Of a stretch of DNA of 64,000 bases, positions 1 to 15,800 are shown piece by piece. The notes under the pieces were generated by a model. It worked only from the letters and a program-made list of their open reading frames with translations. It was not told the DNA's origin and searched no databases. This stretch comes from Eledone cirrhosa (Eukaryota): the NCBI GenBank assembly GCA_964016885.1, contig CAXHJY010000381.1, forward strand, positions 22,001 to 86,000, read 5' to 3'. Position 1 is the stretch's first letter. Every line of letters starts with the position of its first letter. The translations under genes were made by a program, and so were the position numbers.

Positions 1-3000
1 CTATATTAGTAGTATGACAAAGTCTATATTAGTAACATGACAGTCTATATTAGTAACATGATAAATCTATATTAGTAGCATGACAAAGTCTATATTAGTA
101 GCATGACACAGTCTATATTAGTAACATGACACAGTCTATATTAGTAAAATGACACAGTCTATATTAGTAACATGACACAGTCTATATTAGTAACATGACA
201 AAGTCTATATTAGTAACATGACAAAGTCTATATTAGTAACATGACAAAGTCTATATTAGTAGCATGACAAAGTCTGTATTAGTAACATGACAAGGTCAAT
301 ATTAGTAACATGACAAAGTCTATATTAGTAACATGACAAAGTCTATATTAGTAACATGACACAGTCTATATTAGTAACATGACAAAGTCTATATTAGTAG
401 CATGACAAAGTCTATATTAGTAACATGACAAAGTCTATATTAGTAACATGACAAAGTCTATATTAGTAACATGACAAAGTCTATATTAGTAACATGACAA
501 AGTCTATATTAGTAACATGACAAAGTCTATATTAGTAACATGACAAAGTCTATATTAGTAACATGACAGTCTACATTAGTAACATGACACAGTCTATATT
601 AGTAACATGACAAAGTCGATATTAGTAACATGACAATGTCTATATTAGTAACATGACAAAGTCTATATTAGTAACATGACACAGTCTATATTACTAACAT
701 GACACAGCCTATATTAGTAACATGACACAGTCTATATTAGTAACATGACAAAGTCTATATTAGTAACATGACAAAGTCTATATTAGTAACATGACAAAGT
801 CTATATTAGTAACATGACACAGTCTATATTAGTAACATGACACAGTCTATATTAGTAGCATGACACAGTCCATATTAGTAACATGATACAGTCTATATTA
901 GTAACATGACAAAGTCTATATTAGTAACATGACAAAGTCTATATTAGTAAAATGACAAAGTCTATATTAGTAACATGACAAAGTCTTTATTAGTAACATG
1001 ACACAGTCTATATTAGTAACATGACACAGTCTATATTAGTAACATGACAAAGTCTATATTAGTAACATGACAAAGTCTATATTAGTAACATGACACAGTC
1101 TATATTAGTAACATGACACAGTCTATATTAGTAACATGACAAAGTCTATATTAGTAACATGACAAAATCTATATTAGTAACATGACAGTCTATATTAGTA
1201 ACATGACACAGTCTATATTAGTAACATGACACAGTCTATATTAGTAACATGACAAAGTCTATATTAGTAACATGACACAGTCTATATTAGTAACATGACA
1301 TAGTCTATATTAGTAACATCACAAAGTCTATATTAGTAGCATGACACAGTCTATATTAGTAACATGACACAGTCTATATTAGTAACATGACACAGTCTAT
1401 ATTAGTAAAATGACACAGTCTATATTAGTAACATGACACAGTCTATATTAGTAACATGACAAAGTCTATATTAGTAGCATGACAAAGTCTATATTAGTAA
1501 CATGACAAAGTCTATATTAGTAACATGACACAGTCTATATTAGTAACATGACAAAGTCTATATAAGTAACATGACAAAGTCTATATTAGTAACATGACAG
1601 TCTATATTAGTAACATGACAAAGTCTATATTAGTAACATGACACAGTCTATATTAGTAACATGACAAAGTCTCTATTAGTAACATGACAAAGTCTATATT
1701 AGTAACATGACAGTCTATATTAGTAACATGACAAAGTCTCTATTAGTAACATGACAAAGTCTATATTAGTAACATGACAGTCTATATTAGTAACATGACA
1801 AAGTCTATATTAGTAACATGACAGTCTATATTGTAACATGACACAGTCTATATTAGTAGCATGACACAGTCTATATTAGTAACATGACACAATCTATATT
1901 AGTAACATGACACAGTCTATATTAGTAACATGACAAAGTCTATATTAGTAGCATGACAAAGTCTATATTAGTAACATGACAAAGTCTATATTAGTAACAT
2001 GACACAGTCTATATTAGTAACATGACAAAGTCTATATTAGTAGCATGACACAGTCTATATTAGTAACATGACACAGTCTATATTAGTAACATGACAGTCT
2101 ATATTAGTAACATGACAAAGTCTATATTAGTAGCATGACAAAGTCTATATTAGTAACATGACACAGTCTATATTAGTAACATGACAATCTATATTAGTAA
2201 CATGACACAGTCTATATTAGTAGATATGACAAAGTCTATATTAGTAACATGACAGTCTATATTAGTAACATGACAAAGTCTATATTAGTAGCATGACAAA
2301 GTCTATATTAGTAGCATGACACAGTCTATATTAGTAACATGACACAATCTATATTAGTAACATGACACAGTCTATATTAGTAACATGACAAAGTCTATAT
2401 TAGTAGCATGACAAAGTCTATATTAGTAACATGACAAAGTCTATATTAGTAACATGACACAGTCTATATTAATAACATGACAAAGTCTATATTAGTAACA
2501 TGACAAAGTCTATATTGGTAACATGACACAGTCTATATTAGTAATATCACAAAGTCTATATTAGTAGCATGACACTGTCTATATTAGTAACTTGACAAAG
2601 TCTATATTAGTAACATGCCACAGTCTATATTAGTAACATGACACAGTCTATATTAGTAACATGACACAGTTTATATTAGTAACATGACAAAGTCTATATT
2701 AGTAACATGACAAAGTCTATATTAGTAACATGACACAGTCTATGTTAGTAACATGACAAAGTCTATATTAGTAGCATGACAAAGTCTATATTAGTAACAT
2801 GACAAAGTCTATATTAGTAACATGACACATTCTATGTTAGTAACATGACAAAGTCTATATTAATAACATGACAAAGTCTATATTAGTAACATGACACAGT
2901 CTATATTAGTAACATGACAAAGTCTATATTAGTAGCATGACAAAATCTATATTAGTAACATGACAGTCTATATTAGTAACATGACAAAGTCTATATTAGT

Positions 3001-4260
3001 AGTATGACAAAGTCTATATTAGTAACATGACAGTCTATATTAGTAACATGATAAATCTATATTAGTAGCATGACAAAGTCTATATTAGTAGCATGACACA
3101 GTCTATATTAGTAACATGACACAGTCTATATTAGTAAAATGACACAGTCTATATTAGTAACATGACACAGTCTATATTAGTAACATGACAAAGTCTATAT
3201 TAGTAACATGACAAAGTCTATATTAGTAACATGACAAAGTCTATATTAGTAGCATGACAAAGTCTGTATTAGTAACATGACAAGGTCAATATTAGTAACA
3301 TGACAAAGTCTATATTAGTAACATGACAAAGTCTATATTAGTAACATGACACAGTCTATATTAGTAACATGACAAAGTCTATATTAGTAGCATGACAAAG
3401 TCTATATTAGTAACATGACAAAGTCTATATTAGTAACATGACAAAGTCTATATTAGTAACATGACAAAGTCTATATTAGTAACATGACAAAGTCTATATT
3501 AGTAACATGACAAAGTCTATATTAGTAACATGACAAAGTCTATATTAGTAACATGACAGTCTATATTAGTAACATGACAGTCTACATTAGTAACATGACA
3601 CAGTCTATATTAGTAACATGACAAAGTCGATATTAGTAACATGACAATGTCTATATTAGTAACATGACAAAGTCTATATTAGTAACATGACACAGTCTAT
3701 ATTACTAACATGACACAGCCTATATTAGTAACATGACACAGTCTATATTAGTAACATGACAAAGTCTATATTAGTAACATGACAAAGTCTATATTAGTAA
3801 CATGACAAAGTCTATATTAGTAACATGACACAGTCTATATTAGTAACATGACACAGTCTATATTAGTAGCATGACACAGTCCATATTAGTAACATGATAC
3901 AGTCTATATTAGTAACATGACAAAGTCTATATTAGTAACATGACAAAGTCTATATTAGTAAAATGACAAAGTCTATATTAGTAACATGACAAAGTCTTTA
4001 TTAGTAACATGACACAGTCTATATTAGTAACATGACACAGTCTATATTAGTAACATGACAACGTCTATATTAGTAACATGACAAAGTCTATATTAGTAAC
4101 ATGACACAGTCTATATTAGTAACATGACACAGTCTATATTAGTAACATGACAAAGTCTATATTAGTAACATGACAAAATCTATATTAGTAACATGACAGT
4201 CTATATTAGTAACATGACACAGTCTATATTAGTAACATGACACAGTCTATATTAGTAACA
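1..4260 (+). repeat. Internal ~1.25 kb direct repeat, offset 2990 bp (1-~1250 vs 2991-~4260); also repeated inside the second 6463-bp copy
   Basis: AGTATGAC at 11/3001 and CTGTATT at 274/3264. The second copy has one extra 21-mer near 3560, so the offset becomes 3011 afterwards. Confidence 0.88.
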
Positions 4261-7200
4261 TTAGACAGTCTATATTAGTAGCATGACAAAGTCTATATTA
4301 GTAACATGACACAGTCTACATTAGTAACATGACAAAGTCTATATTAGTAACATGACACAGTCTATATTAGTAACATGAGACAGTCTATATTAGTAACATG
4401 ACAAAGTCTATATTAGTAACATGACAAAGTCTATATTAGTAAAATGACAAAGTCTATATTAGTAACATGACAAAGTCTTTATTAGTAACATGACACAGTC
4501 TATATTAGTAACATGACACAGTCTATATTAGTAACATGACAAAGTCTATATTAGTAACATGACACAGTCTATATTAGTAACATGACACAGTCTATATTAG
4601 TAACATGACAAAGTCTATATTAGTAACATGACAAAGTCTATATTAGTAACATGACAAAGTCTATATTAGTAACATGACAAAGTCTATATTAGTAGCATGA
4701 CAAAGTCTGTATTAGTAACATGACAAAGTCTATATTAGTAACATGACAAAGTCTATATTAGTAACATGACAAAGTCTATATTAGTAACATGACACAGTCT
4801 ATATTAGTAACATGACAAGGTCTATATTAGTAGCATGACAAAGTCTATATTAGTAACATGACAAAGTCTATATTAGTAACATAACAAAGTCTATATTAGT
4901 AACATGACAAAGTCTATATTAGTAACATGACAAAGTCTATATTAGTAACATGACAAAGTCTATATTAGTAACATGACACAGTCTATATTAGTAACATGAC
5001 AGTCTATATTAGTAACATGACAGTCTACATTAGTAACATGACACAGTCTATATTAGTAACATGACACAGTCTATATTAGTAACATGACACAGTCTATATT
5101 AGTAACATGACAGTCTATATTAGTAACATGACAGTCTACATTAGTAACATGACACAGTCTATATTAGTAACATGACAAAGTCGATATTAGTAACATGACA
5201 ATGTCTATATTAGTAACATGACAAAGTCTATATTAGTAAAATGACAAAGTCTATATTAGTAACATGACAAAGTCTTTATTAGTAACATGACACAGTCTAT
5301 ATTAGTAACATGACACAGTCTATATTAGTAACATGACAAAGTCTATATTAGTAACATGACACAGTCTATATTAGTAACATGACACAGTCTATATTAGTAA
5401 CATGACAAAGTCTATATTAGTATCATGACAAAGTCTATATTAGTAACATGACAAAGTCTATATTAGTAACATGACAAAGTCTATATTAGTAGCATGACAA
5501 AGTCTGTATTAGTAACATGACAAGGTCAATATTAGTAACATGACAAAGTCTATATTAGTAACATGACAAAGTCTATATTAGTAACATGACACAGTCTATA
5601 TTAGTAACATGACAAAGTCTATATTAGTAGCATGACAAAGTCTATATTAGTAACATGACAAAGTCTATATTAGTAACATGACAAATTCTATATTAGTAAC
5701 ATGACAAAGTCTATATTAGTAACATGACAAAGCCTATATTAGTAACATGACAAAGTCTATATTAGTAACATGACACAGTCTATATTAGTAACATGACAGT
5801 CTATATTAGTAACATGACAGTCTACATTAGTAACATGACACAGTCTATATTAGTAACATGACGAAGTCGATATTAGTAACATGACAATGTCTATATTAGT
5901 AACATGACAAAGTCTATATTAGTAACATGACACAGTCTATATTACTAACATGACACAGCCTATATTAGTAACATGACACAGTCTATATTAGTAACATGAC
6001 AAAGTCTATATTAGTAACATGACAAAGTCTATACTAGTAACATGACAAAGTCTATATTAGTAAAATGACACAGTCTATATTAGTAACATGACACAGTCTA
6101 TATTAGTAGCATGACACAGTCCATATTAGTAACATGATACAGTCTATATTAGTAACATGACAAAGTCTATATTAGTAACATGACAAAGTCTATATTAGTA
6201 AAATGACAAAGTCTATATTAGTAACATGACAAAGTCTTTATTAGTAACATGACACAGTCTATATTAGTAACATGACACAATCTATATTAGTAACATGACA
6301 AAGTCTATATTAGTAACATGACAAAGTCTATATTAGTAACATGACACAGTCTATATTAGTAACATGACACAGTCTATATTAGTAACATGACAAAGTCTAT
6401 ATTAGTAGCATGACAAAATCTATATTAGTAACATGACAGTCTATATTAGTAACATGACAAAGTCTATATTAGTAGTATGACAAAGTCTATATTAGTAACA
6501 TGACAGTCTATATTAGTAACATGATAAATCTATATTAGTAGCATGACAAAGTCTATATTAGTAGCATGACACAGTCTATATTAGTAACATGACACAGTCT
6601 ATATTAGTAAAATGACACAGTCTATATTAGTAACATGACACAGTCTATATTAGTAACATGACAAAGTCTATATTAGTAACATGACAAAGTCTATATTAGT
6701 AACATGACAAAGTCTATATTAGTAGCATGACAAAGTCTGTATTAGTAACATGACAAGGTCAATATTAGTAACATGACAAAGTCTATATTAGTAACATGAC
6801 AAAGTCTATATTAGTAACATGACACAGTCTATATTAGTAACATGACAAAGTCTATATTAGTAGCATGACAAAGTCTATATTAGTAACATGACAAAGTCTA
6901 TATTAGTAACATGACAAAGTCTATATTAGTAACATGACAAAGTCTATATTAGTAACATGACAAAGTCTATATTAGTAACATGACAAAGTCTATATTAGTA
7001 ACATGACAAAGTCTATATTAGTAACATGACAGTCTACATTAGTAACATGACACAGTCTATATTAGTAACATGACAAAGTCGATATTAGTAACATGACAAT
7101 GTCTATATTAGTAACATGACAAAGTCTATATTAGTAACATGACACAGTCTATATTACTAACATGACACAGCCTATATTAGTAACATGACACAGTCTATAT

Positions 7201-10200
7201 TAGTAACATGACAAAGTCTATATTAGTAACATGACAAAGTCTATATTAGTAACATGACAAAGTCTATATTAGTAACATGACACAGTCTATATTAGTAACA
7301 TGACACAGTCTATATTAGTAGCATGACACAGTCCATATTAGTAACATGATACAGTCTATATTAGTAACATGACAAAGTCTATATTAGTAACATGACAAAG
7401 TCTATATTAGTAAAATGACAAAGTCTATATTAGTAACATGACAAAGTCTTTATTAGTAACATGACACAGTCTATATTAGTAACATGACACAGTCTATATT
7501 AGTAACATGACAAAGTCTATATTAGTAACATGACAAAGTCTATATTAGTAACATGACACAGTCTATATTAGTAACATGACACAGTCTATATTAGTAACAT
7601 GACAAAGTCTATATTAGTAACATGACAAAATCTATATTAGTAACATGACAGTCTATATTAGTAACATGACACAGTCTATATTAGTAACATGACACAGTCT
7701 ATATTAGTAACATGACAAAGTCTATATTAGTAACATGACACAGTCTATATTAGTAACATGACATAGTCTATATTAGTAACATCACAAAGTCTATATTAGT
7801 AGCATGACACAGTCTATATTAGTAACATGACACAGTCTATATTAGTAACATGACACAGTCTATATTAGTAAAATGACACAGTCTATATTAGTAACATGAC
7901 ACAGTCTATATTAGTAACATGACAAAGTCTATATTAGTAGCATGACAAAGTCTATATTAGTAACATGACAAAGTCTATATTAGTAACATGACACAGTCTA
8001 TATTAGTAACATGACAAAGTCTATATAAGTAACATGACAAAGTCTATATTAGTAACATGACAGTCTATATTAGTAACATGACAAAGTCTATATTAGTAAC
8101 ATGACACAGTCTATATTAGTAACATGACAAAGTCTCTATTAGTAACATGACAAAGTCTATATTAGTAACATGACAGTCTATATTAGTAACATGACAAAGT
8201 CTCTATTAGTAACATGACAAAGTCTATATTAGTAACATGACAGTCTATATTAGTAACATGACAAAGTCTATATTAGTAACATGACAGTCTATATTGTAAC
8301 ATGACACAGTCTATATTAGTAGCATGACACAGTCTATATTAGTAACATGACACAATCTATATTAGTAACATGACACAGTCTATATTAGTAACATGACAAA
8401 GTCTATATTAGTAGCATGACAAAGTCTATATTAGTAACATGACAAAGTCTATATTAGTAACATGACACAGTCTATATTAGTAACATGACAAAGTCTATAT
8501 TAGTAGCATGACACAGTCTATATTAGTAACATGACACAGTCTATATTAGTAACATGACAGTCTATATTAGTAACATGACAAAGTCTATATTAGTAGCATG
8601 ACAAAGTCTATATTAGTAACATGACACAGTCTATATTAGTAACATGACAATCTATATTAGTAACATGACACAGTCTATATTAGTAGATATGACAAAGTCT
8701 ATATTAGTAACATGACAGTCTATATTAGTAACATGACAAAGTCTATATTAGTAGCATGACAAAGTCTATATTAGTAGCATGACACAGTCTATATTAGTAA
8801 CATGACACAATCTATATTAGTAACATGACACAGTCTATATTAGTAACATGACAAAGTCTATATTAGTAGCATGACAAAGTCTATATTAGTAACATGACAA
8901 AGTCTATATTAGTAACATGACACAGTCTATATTAATAACATGACAAAGTCTATATTAGTAACATGACAAAGTCTATATTGGTAACATGACACAGTCTATA
9001 TTAGTAATATCACAAAGTCTATATTAGTAGCATGACACTGTCTATATTAGTAACTTGACAAAGTCTATATTAGTAACATGCCACAGTCTATATTAGTAAC
9101 ATGACACAGTCTATATTAGTAACATGACACAGTTTATATTAGTAACATGACAAAGTCTATATTAGTAACATGACAAAGTCTATATTAGTAACATGACACA
9201 GTCTATGTTAGTAACATGACAAAGTCTATATTAGTAGCATGACAAAGTCTATATTAGTAACATGACAAAGTCTATATTAGTAACATGACACATTCTATGT
9301 TAGTAACATGACAAAGTCTATATTAATAACATGACAAAGTCTATATTAGTAACATGACACAGTCTATATTAGTAACATGACAAAGTCTATATTAGTAGCA
9401 TGACAAAATCTATATTAGTAACATGACAGTCTATATTAGTAACATGACAAAGTCTATATTAGTAGTATGACAAAGTCTATATTAGTAACATGACAGTCTA
9501 TATTAGTAACATGATAAATCTATATTAGTAGCATGACAAAGTCTATATTAGTAGCATGACACAGTCTATATTAGTAACATGACACAGTCTATATTAGTAA
9601 AATGACACAGTCTATATTAGTAACATGACACAGTCTATATTAGTAACATGACAAAGTCTATATTAGTAACATGACAAAGTCTATATTAGTAACATGACAA
9701 AGTCTATATTAGTAGCATGACAAAGTCTGTATTAGTAACATGACAAGGTCAATATTAGTAACATGACAAAGTCTATATTAGTAACATGACAAAGTCTATA
9801 TTAGTAACATGACACAGTCTATATTAGTAACATGACAAAGTCTATATTAGTAGCATGACAAAGTCTATATTAGTAACATGACAAAGTCTATATTAGTAAC
9901 ATGACAAAGTCTATATTAGTAACATGACAAAGTCTATATTAGTAACATGACAAAGTCTATATTAGTAACATGACAAAGTCTATATTAGTAACATGACAAA
10001 GTCTATATTAGTAACATGACAGTCTATATTAGTAACATGACAGTCTACATTAGTAACATGACACAGTCTATATTAGTAACATGACAAAGTCGATATTAGT
10101 AACATGACAATGTCTATATTAGTAACATGACAAAGTCTATATTAGTAACATGACACAGTCTATATTACTAACATGACACAGCCTATATTAGTAACATGAC

Positions 10201-12870
10201 ACAGTCTATATTAGTAACATGACAAAGTCTATATTAGTAACATGACAAAGTCTATATTAGTAACATGACAAAGTCTATATTAGTAACATGACACAGTCTA
10301 TATTAGTAACATGACACAGTCTATATTAGTAGCATGACACAGTCCATATTAGTAACATGATACAGTCTATATTAGTAACATGACAAAGTCTATATTAGTA
10401 ACATGACAAAGTCTATATTAGTAAAATGACAAAGTCTATATTAGTAACATGACAAAGTCTTTATTAGTAACATGACACAGTCTATATTAGTAACATGACA
10501 CAGTCTATATTAGTAACATGACAAAGTCTATATTAGTAACATGACAAAGTCTATATTAGTAACATGACACAGTCTATATTAGTAACATGACACAGTCTAT
10601 ATTAGTAACATGACAAAGTCTATATTAGTAACATGACAAAATCTATATTAGTAACATGACAGTCTATATTAGTAACATGACACAGTCTATATTAGTAACA
10701 TGACACAGTCTATATTAGTAACATTAGACAGTCTATATTAGTAGCATGACAAAGTCTATATTAGTAACATGACACAGTCTACATTAGTAACATGACAAAG
10801 TCTATATTAGTAACATGACACAGTCTATATTAGTAACATGAGACAGTCTATATTAGTAACATGACAAAGTCTATATTAGTAACATGACAAAGTCTATATT
10901 AGTAAAATGACAAAGTCTATATTAGTAACATGACAAAGTCTTTATTAGTAACATGACACAGTCTATATTAGTAACATGACACAGTCTATATTAGTAACAT
11001 GACAAAGTCTATATTAGTAACATGACACAGTCTATATTAGTAACATGACACAGTCTATATTAGTAACATGACAAAGTCTATATTAGTAACATGACAAAGT
11101 CTATATTAGTAACATGACAAAGTCTATATTAGTAACATGACAAAGTCTATATTAGTAGCATGACAAAGTCTGTATTAGTAACATGACAAAGTCTATATTA
11201 GTAACATGACAAAGTCTATATTAGTAACATGACAAAGTCTATATTAGTAACATGACACAGTCTATATTAGTAACATGACAAGGTCTATATTAGTAGCATG
11301 ACAAAGTCTATATTAGTAACATGACAAAGTCTATATTAGTAACATAACAAAGTCTATATTAGTAACATGACAAAGTCTATATTAGTAACATGACAAAGTC
11401 TATATTAGTAAAATGACAAAGTCTATATTAGTAACATGACACAGTCTATATTAGTAACATGACAGTCTATATTAGTAACATGACAGTCTACATTAGTAAC
11501 ATGACACAGTCTATATTAGTAACATGACACAGTCTATATTAGTAACATGACACAGTCTATATTAGTAACATGACAGTCTATATTAGTAACATGACAGTCT
11601 ACATTAGTAACATGACACAGTCTATATTAGTAACATGACAAAGTCGATATTAGTAACATGACAATGTCTATATTAGTAACATGACAAAGTCTATATTAGT
11701 AAAATGACAAAGTCTATATTAGTAACATGACAAAGTCTTTATTAGTAACATGACACAGTCTATATTAGTAACATGACACAGTCTATATTAGTAACATGAC
11801 AAAGTCTATATTAGTAACATGACACAGTCTATATTAGTAACATGACACAGTCTATATTAGTAACATGACAAAGTCTATATTAGTATCATGACAAAGTCTA
11901 TATTAGTAACATGACAAAGTCTATATTAGTAACATGACAAAGTCTATATTAGTAGCATGACAAAGTCTGTATTAGTAACATGACAAGGTCAATATTAGTA
12001 ACATGACAAAGTCTATATTAGTAACATGACAAAGTCTATATTAGTAACATGACACAGTCTATATTAGTAACATGACAAAGTCTATATTAGTAGCATGACA
12101 AAGTCTATATTAGTAACATGACAAAGTCTATATTAGTAACATGACAAATTCTATATTAGTAACATGACAAAGTCTATATTAGTAACATGACAAAGCCTAT
12201 ATTAGTAACATGACAAAGTCTATATTAGTAACATGACACAGTCTATATTAGTAACATGACAGTCTATATTAGTAACATGACAGTCTACATTAGTAACATG
12301 ACACAGTCTATATTAGTAACATGACGAAGTCGATATTAGTAACATGACAATGTCTATATTAGTAACATGACAAAGTCTATATTAGTAACATGACACAGTC
12401 TATATTACTAACATGACACAGCCTATATTAGTAACATGACACAGTCTATATTAGTAACATGACAAAGTCTATATTAGTAACATGACAAAGTCTATATTAG
12501 TAACATGACAAAGTCTATATTAGTAAAATGACACAGTCTATATTAGTAACATGACACAGTCTATATTAGTAGCATGACACAGTCCATATTAGTAACATGA
12601 TACAGTCTATATTAGTAACATGACAAAGTCTATATTAGTAACATGACAAAGTCTATATTAGTAAAATGACAAAGTCTATATTAGTAACATGACAAAGTCT
12701 TTATTAGTAACATGACACAGTCTATATTAGTAACATGACACAATCTATATTAGTAACATGACAAAGTCTATATTAGTAACATGACAAAGTCTATATTAGT
12801 AACATGACACAGTCTATATTAGTAACATGACACAGTCTATATTAGTAACATGACAAAGTCTATATTAGTA
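1..12870 (+). repeat. Higher-order tandem duplication, period 6463 bp (two near-identical copies, 1-~6407 and 6464-~12870)
   Basis: Markers recur at exactly +6463: AGTATGAC at 11/6474 and 3001/9464, TAGATATGAC at 2221/8684. Few differences seen (CAACGTC ~4060, ATACTAG ~6031, AAAATG ~11411). Confidence 0.93.
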
Positions 12871-15800
12871 ACATGACAAAATCTATATTAGTAACATGAC
12901 ACAGTCTATATTAGTAACATGACACAGTCTATATTAGTAACATGACACAGTCTATATTAGTAACATTAGACAGTCTATATTAGTAGCATGACAAAGTCTA
13001 TATTAGTAACATGACACAGTCTACATTAGTAACATGACAAAGTCTATATTAGTAACATGACACAGTCTATATTAGTAACATGAGACAGTCTATATTAGTA
13101 ACATGACAAAGTCTATATTAGTAACATGACAAAGTCTATATTAGTAACATGACAAAGTCTATATTAGTAAAATGACAAAGTCTATATTAGTAACATGACA
13201 AAGTCTTTATTAGTAACATGACACAGTCTATATTAGTAACATGACACAGTCTATATTAGTAACATGACAAAGTCTATATTAGTAACATGACACAGTCTAT
13301 ATTAGTAACATGACACAGTCTATATTAGTAACATGACAAAGTCTATATTAGTAACATGACAAAGTCTATATTAGTAACATGACAAAGTCTATATTAGTAA
13401 CATGACAAAGTCTATATTAGTAAAATGACACAGTCTATATTAGTAACATGACAAAGTCTATATTAGTAACATGACACAGTCTATATTAGTAACATGACAC
13501 AGTCTATATTAGTAGCATGACACAGTCTATATTAGTAACATGATACAGTCTATATTAGTAACATGACAAAGTCTATATTAGTAACATGACAAAGTCTATA
13601 TTAGTAACATGACAAAGTCTATATTAGTAACATGACACAGTCTATATTAGTAACATGACACAGTCTATATTAGTAACATGACAAAGTCTATATTAGTAAC
13701 ATGACACAGTCTATATTAGTAACATGACACAGTCTATATTAGTAGCATGACACAGTCTATATTAGTAACATGATACAGTCTATATTAGTAACATGACAAA
13801 GTCTATATTAGTAACATGACAAAGTCTATATTAGTAAAATGACAAAGTCTATATTAGTAACATGACAAAGTCTTTATTAGTAACATGACACAGTCTATAT
13901 TAGTAACATGACACAGTCTATATTAGTAACATGACAAAGTCTATATTAGTAACATGACAAAGTCTATATTAGTAACATGACACAGTCTATATTAGTAACA
14001 TCACACAGTCTATATTAGTAACATGACAAAGTCTATATTAGTAACATGACAAAGTCTATATTAGTAACATGACACAGTCTATATTAGTAACATGACACAG
14101 TCTATATTAGTAACATGACACAGTCTATATTAGTAACATGAGACAGTCTATATTAGTAGCATGACAAAGTCTATATTAGTAACATGACACAGTCTACATT
14201 AGTAACATGACAAAGTCTATATTAGTAACATGACACAGTCTATATTAGTAACATGAGACTGTCTATATTAGTAACATGACTAAGTCTATATTAGTAACAT
14301 GACACAGTCTATATTAGTAACATGACACAGTCTATATTAGTAACATGACAAAGTCTATATTAGTAACATGACAAAGTCTATATTAGTAACATGACAAAGT
14401 CTATATTAGTAACATGACACAGTCTATATTAGTAACATGACGAAGTCTATATTAGTAACATGACACAGTCTATATTAGTAACATGACACAGTCTATATTA
14501 GTAACATGACAAAGTCTATATTAGTAACATGACACAGTCTATATTAGTAAAATGACAAAGTCTATATTAGTAACATGACAAAGTCTTTATTACTAACATG
14601 ACACAGTCTATATTAGTAACATGACACAGTCTATATTAGTAACATGACAAAGTCTATATTAGTAACATGACACAGTCTATATTAGTAACATGACACAGTC
14701 TATATTAGTAACATGACAAAGTCTATATTAGTAACATGACAAAGTCTATATTAGTAACATGACAAAGTCTATATTAGTAACATGACAAAGTCTATATTAG
14801 TAGCATGACAAAGTCTGTATTAGTAACATGACAAGGTCAATATTAGTAACATGACAAAGTCTATATTAGTAACATGACAAAGTCTATATTAGTAACATGA
14901 CACAGTCTATATTAGTAACATGACAAAGTCTATATTAGTAGCATGACAAAGTCTATATTAGTAACATGACAAAGTCTATATTAGTAACATGACAAAGTCT
15001 ATATTAGTAACATGACAAAGTCTATATTAGTAACATGACAAAGTCTATATTAGTAACATGACAAAGTCTATATTAGTAACATGACACAGTCTATATTAGT
15101 AACATGACAGTCTATATTAGTAACATGACAGTCTACATTAGTAACATGACACAGTCTATATTAGTAACATGACAAAGTCGATATTAGTAACATGACAAGG
15201 TCTATATTAGTAACATGACAAAGTCTATATTAGTAACATGACACAGTCTATATTACTAACATGACACAGCCTATATTAGTAACATGACACAGTCTATATT
15301 AGTAACATGACAAAGTCTATATTAGTAACATGACAAAGTCTATATTAGTAACATGACAAAGTCTATATTAGTAACATGACACAGTCTATATTAGTAACAT
15401 GACACAGTCTATATTAGTAGCATGACACAGTCCATATTAGTAACATGATACAGTCTATATTAGTAACATGACAAAGTCTATATTAGTAACATGACAAAGT
15501 CTATATTAGTAAAATGACAAAGTCTATATTAGTAACATGACAAAGTCTTTATTAGTAACATGACAAAGTCTATATTAGTAACATGACACAGTCTATATTA
15601 GTAACATGACAAGGTCTATATTAGTAGCATGACAAAGTCTATATTAGTAACATGACAAAGTCTATATTAGTAACATAACAAAGTCTATATTAGTAACATG
15701 ACAAAGTCTATATTAGTAACATGACAAAGTCTATATTAGTAACATGACAAAGTCTATATTAGTAACATGACACAGTCTATATTAGTAACATGACAGTCTA

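Noticed and set aside
11-6474. Offsets 2990 (130x23) and 6463 (281x23) are exact multiples of 23, suggesting phase conservation
   Set aside because: For 2990 the short units happen to sum to -23 (eleven 21-mers, two 22-mers, one 24-mer). Other offsets (1905, 2242, 3269, 4331, 7730, 19380) are not multiples, so I treated this as coincidence.
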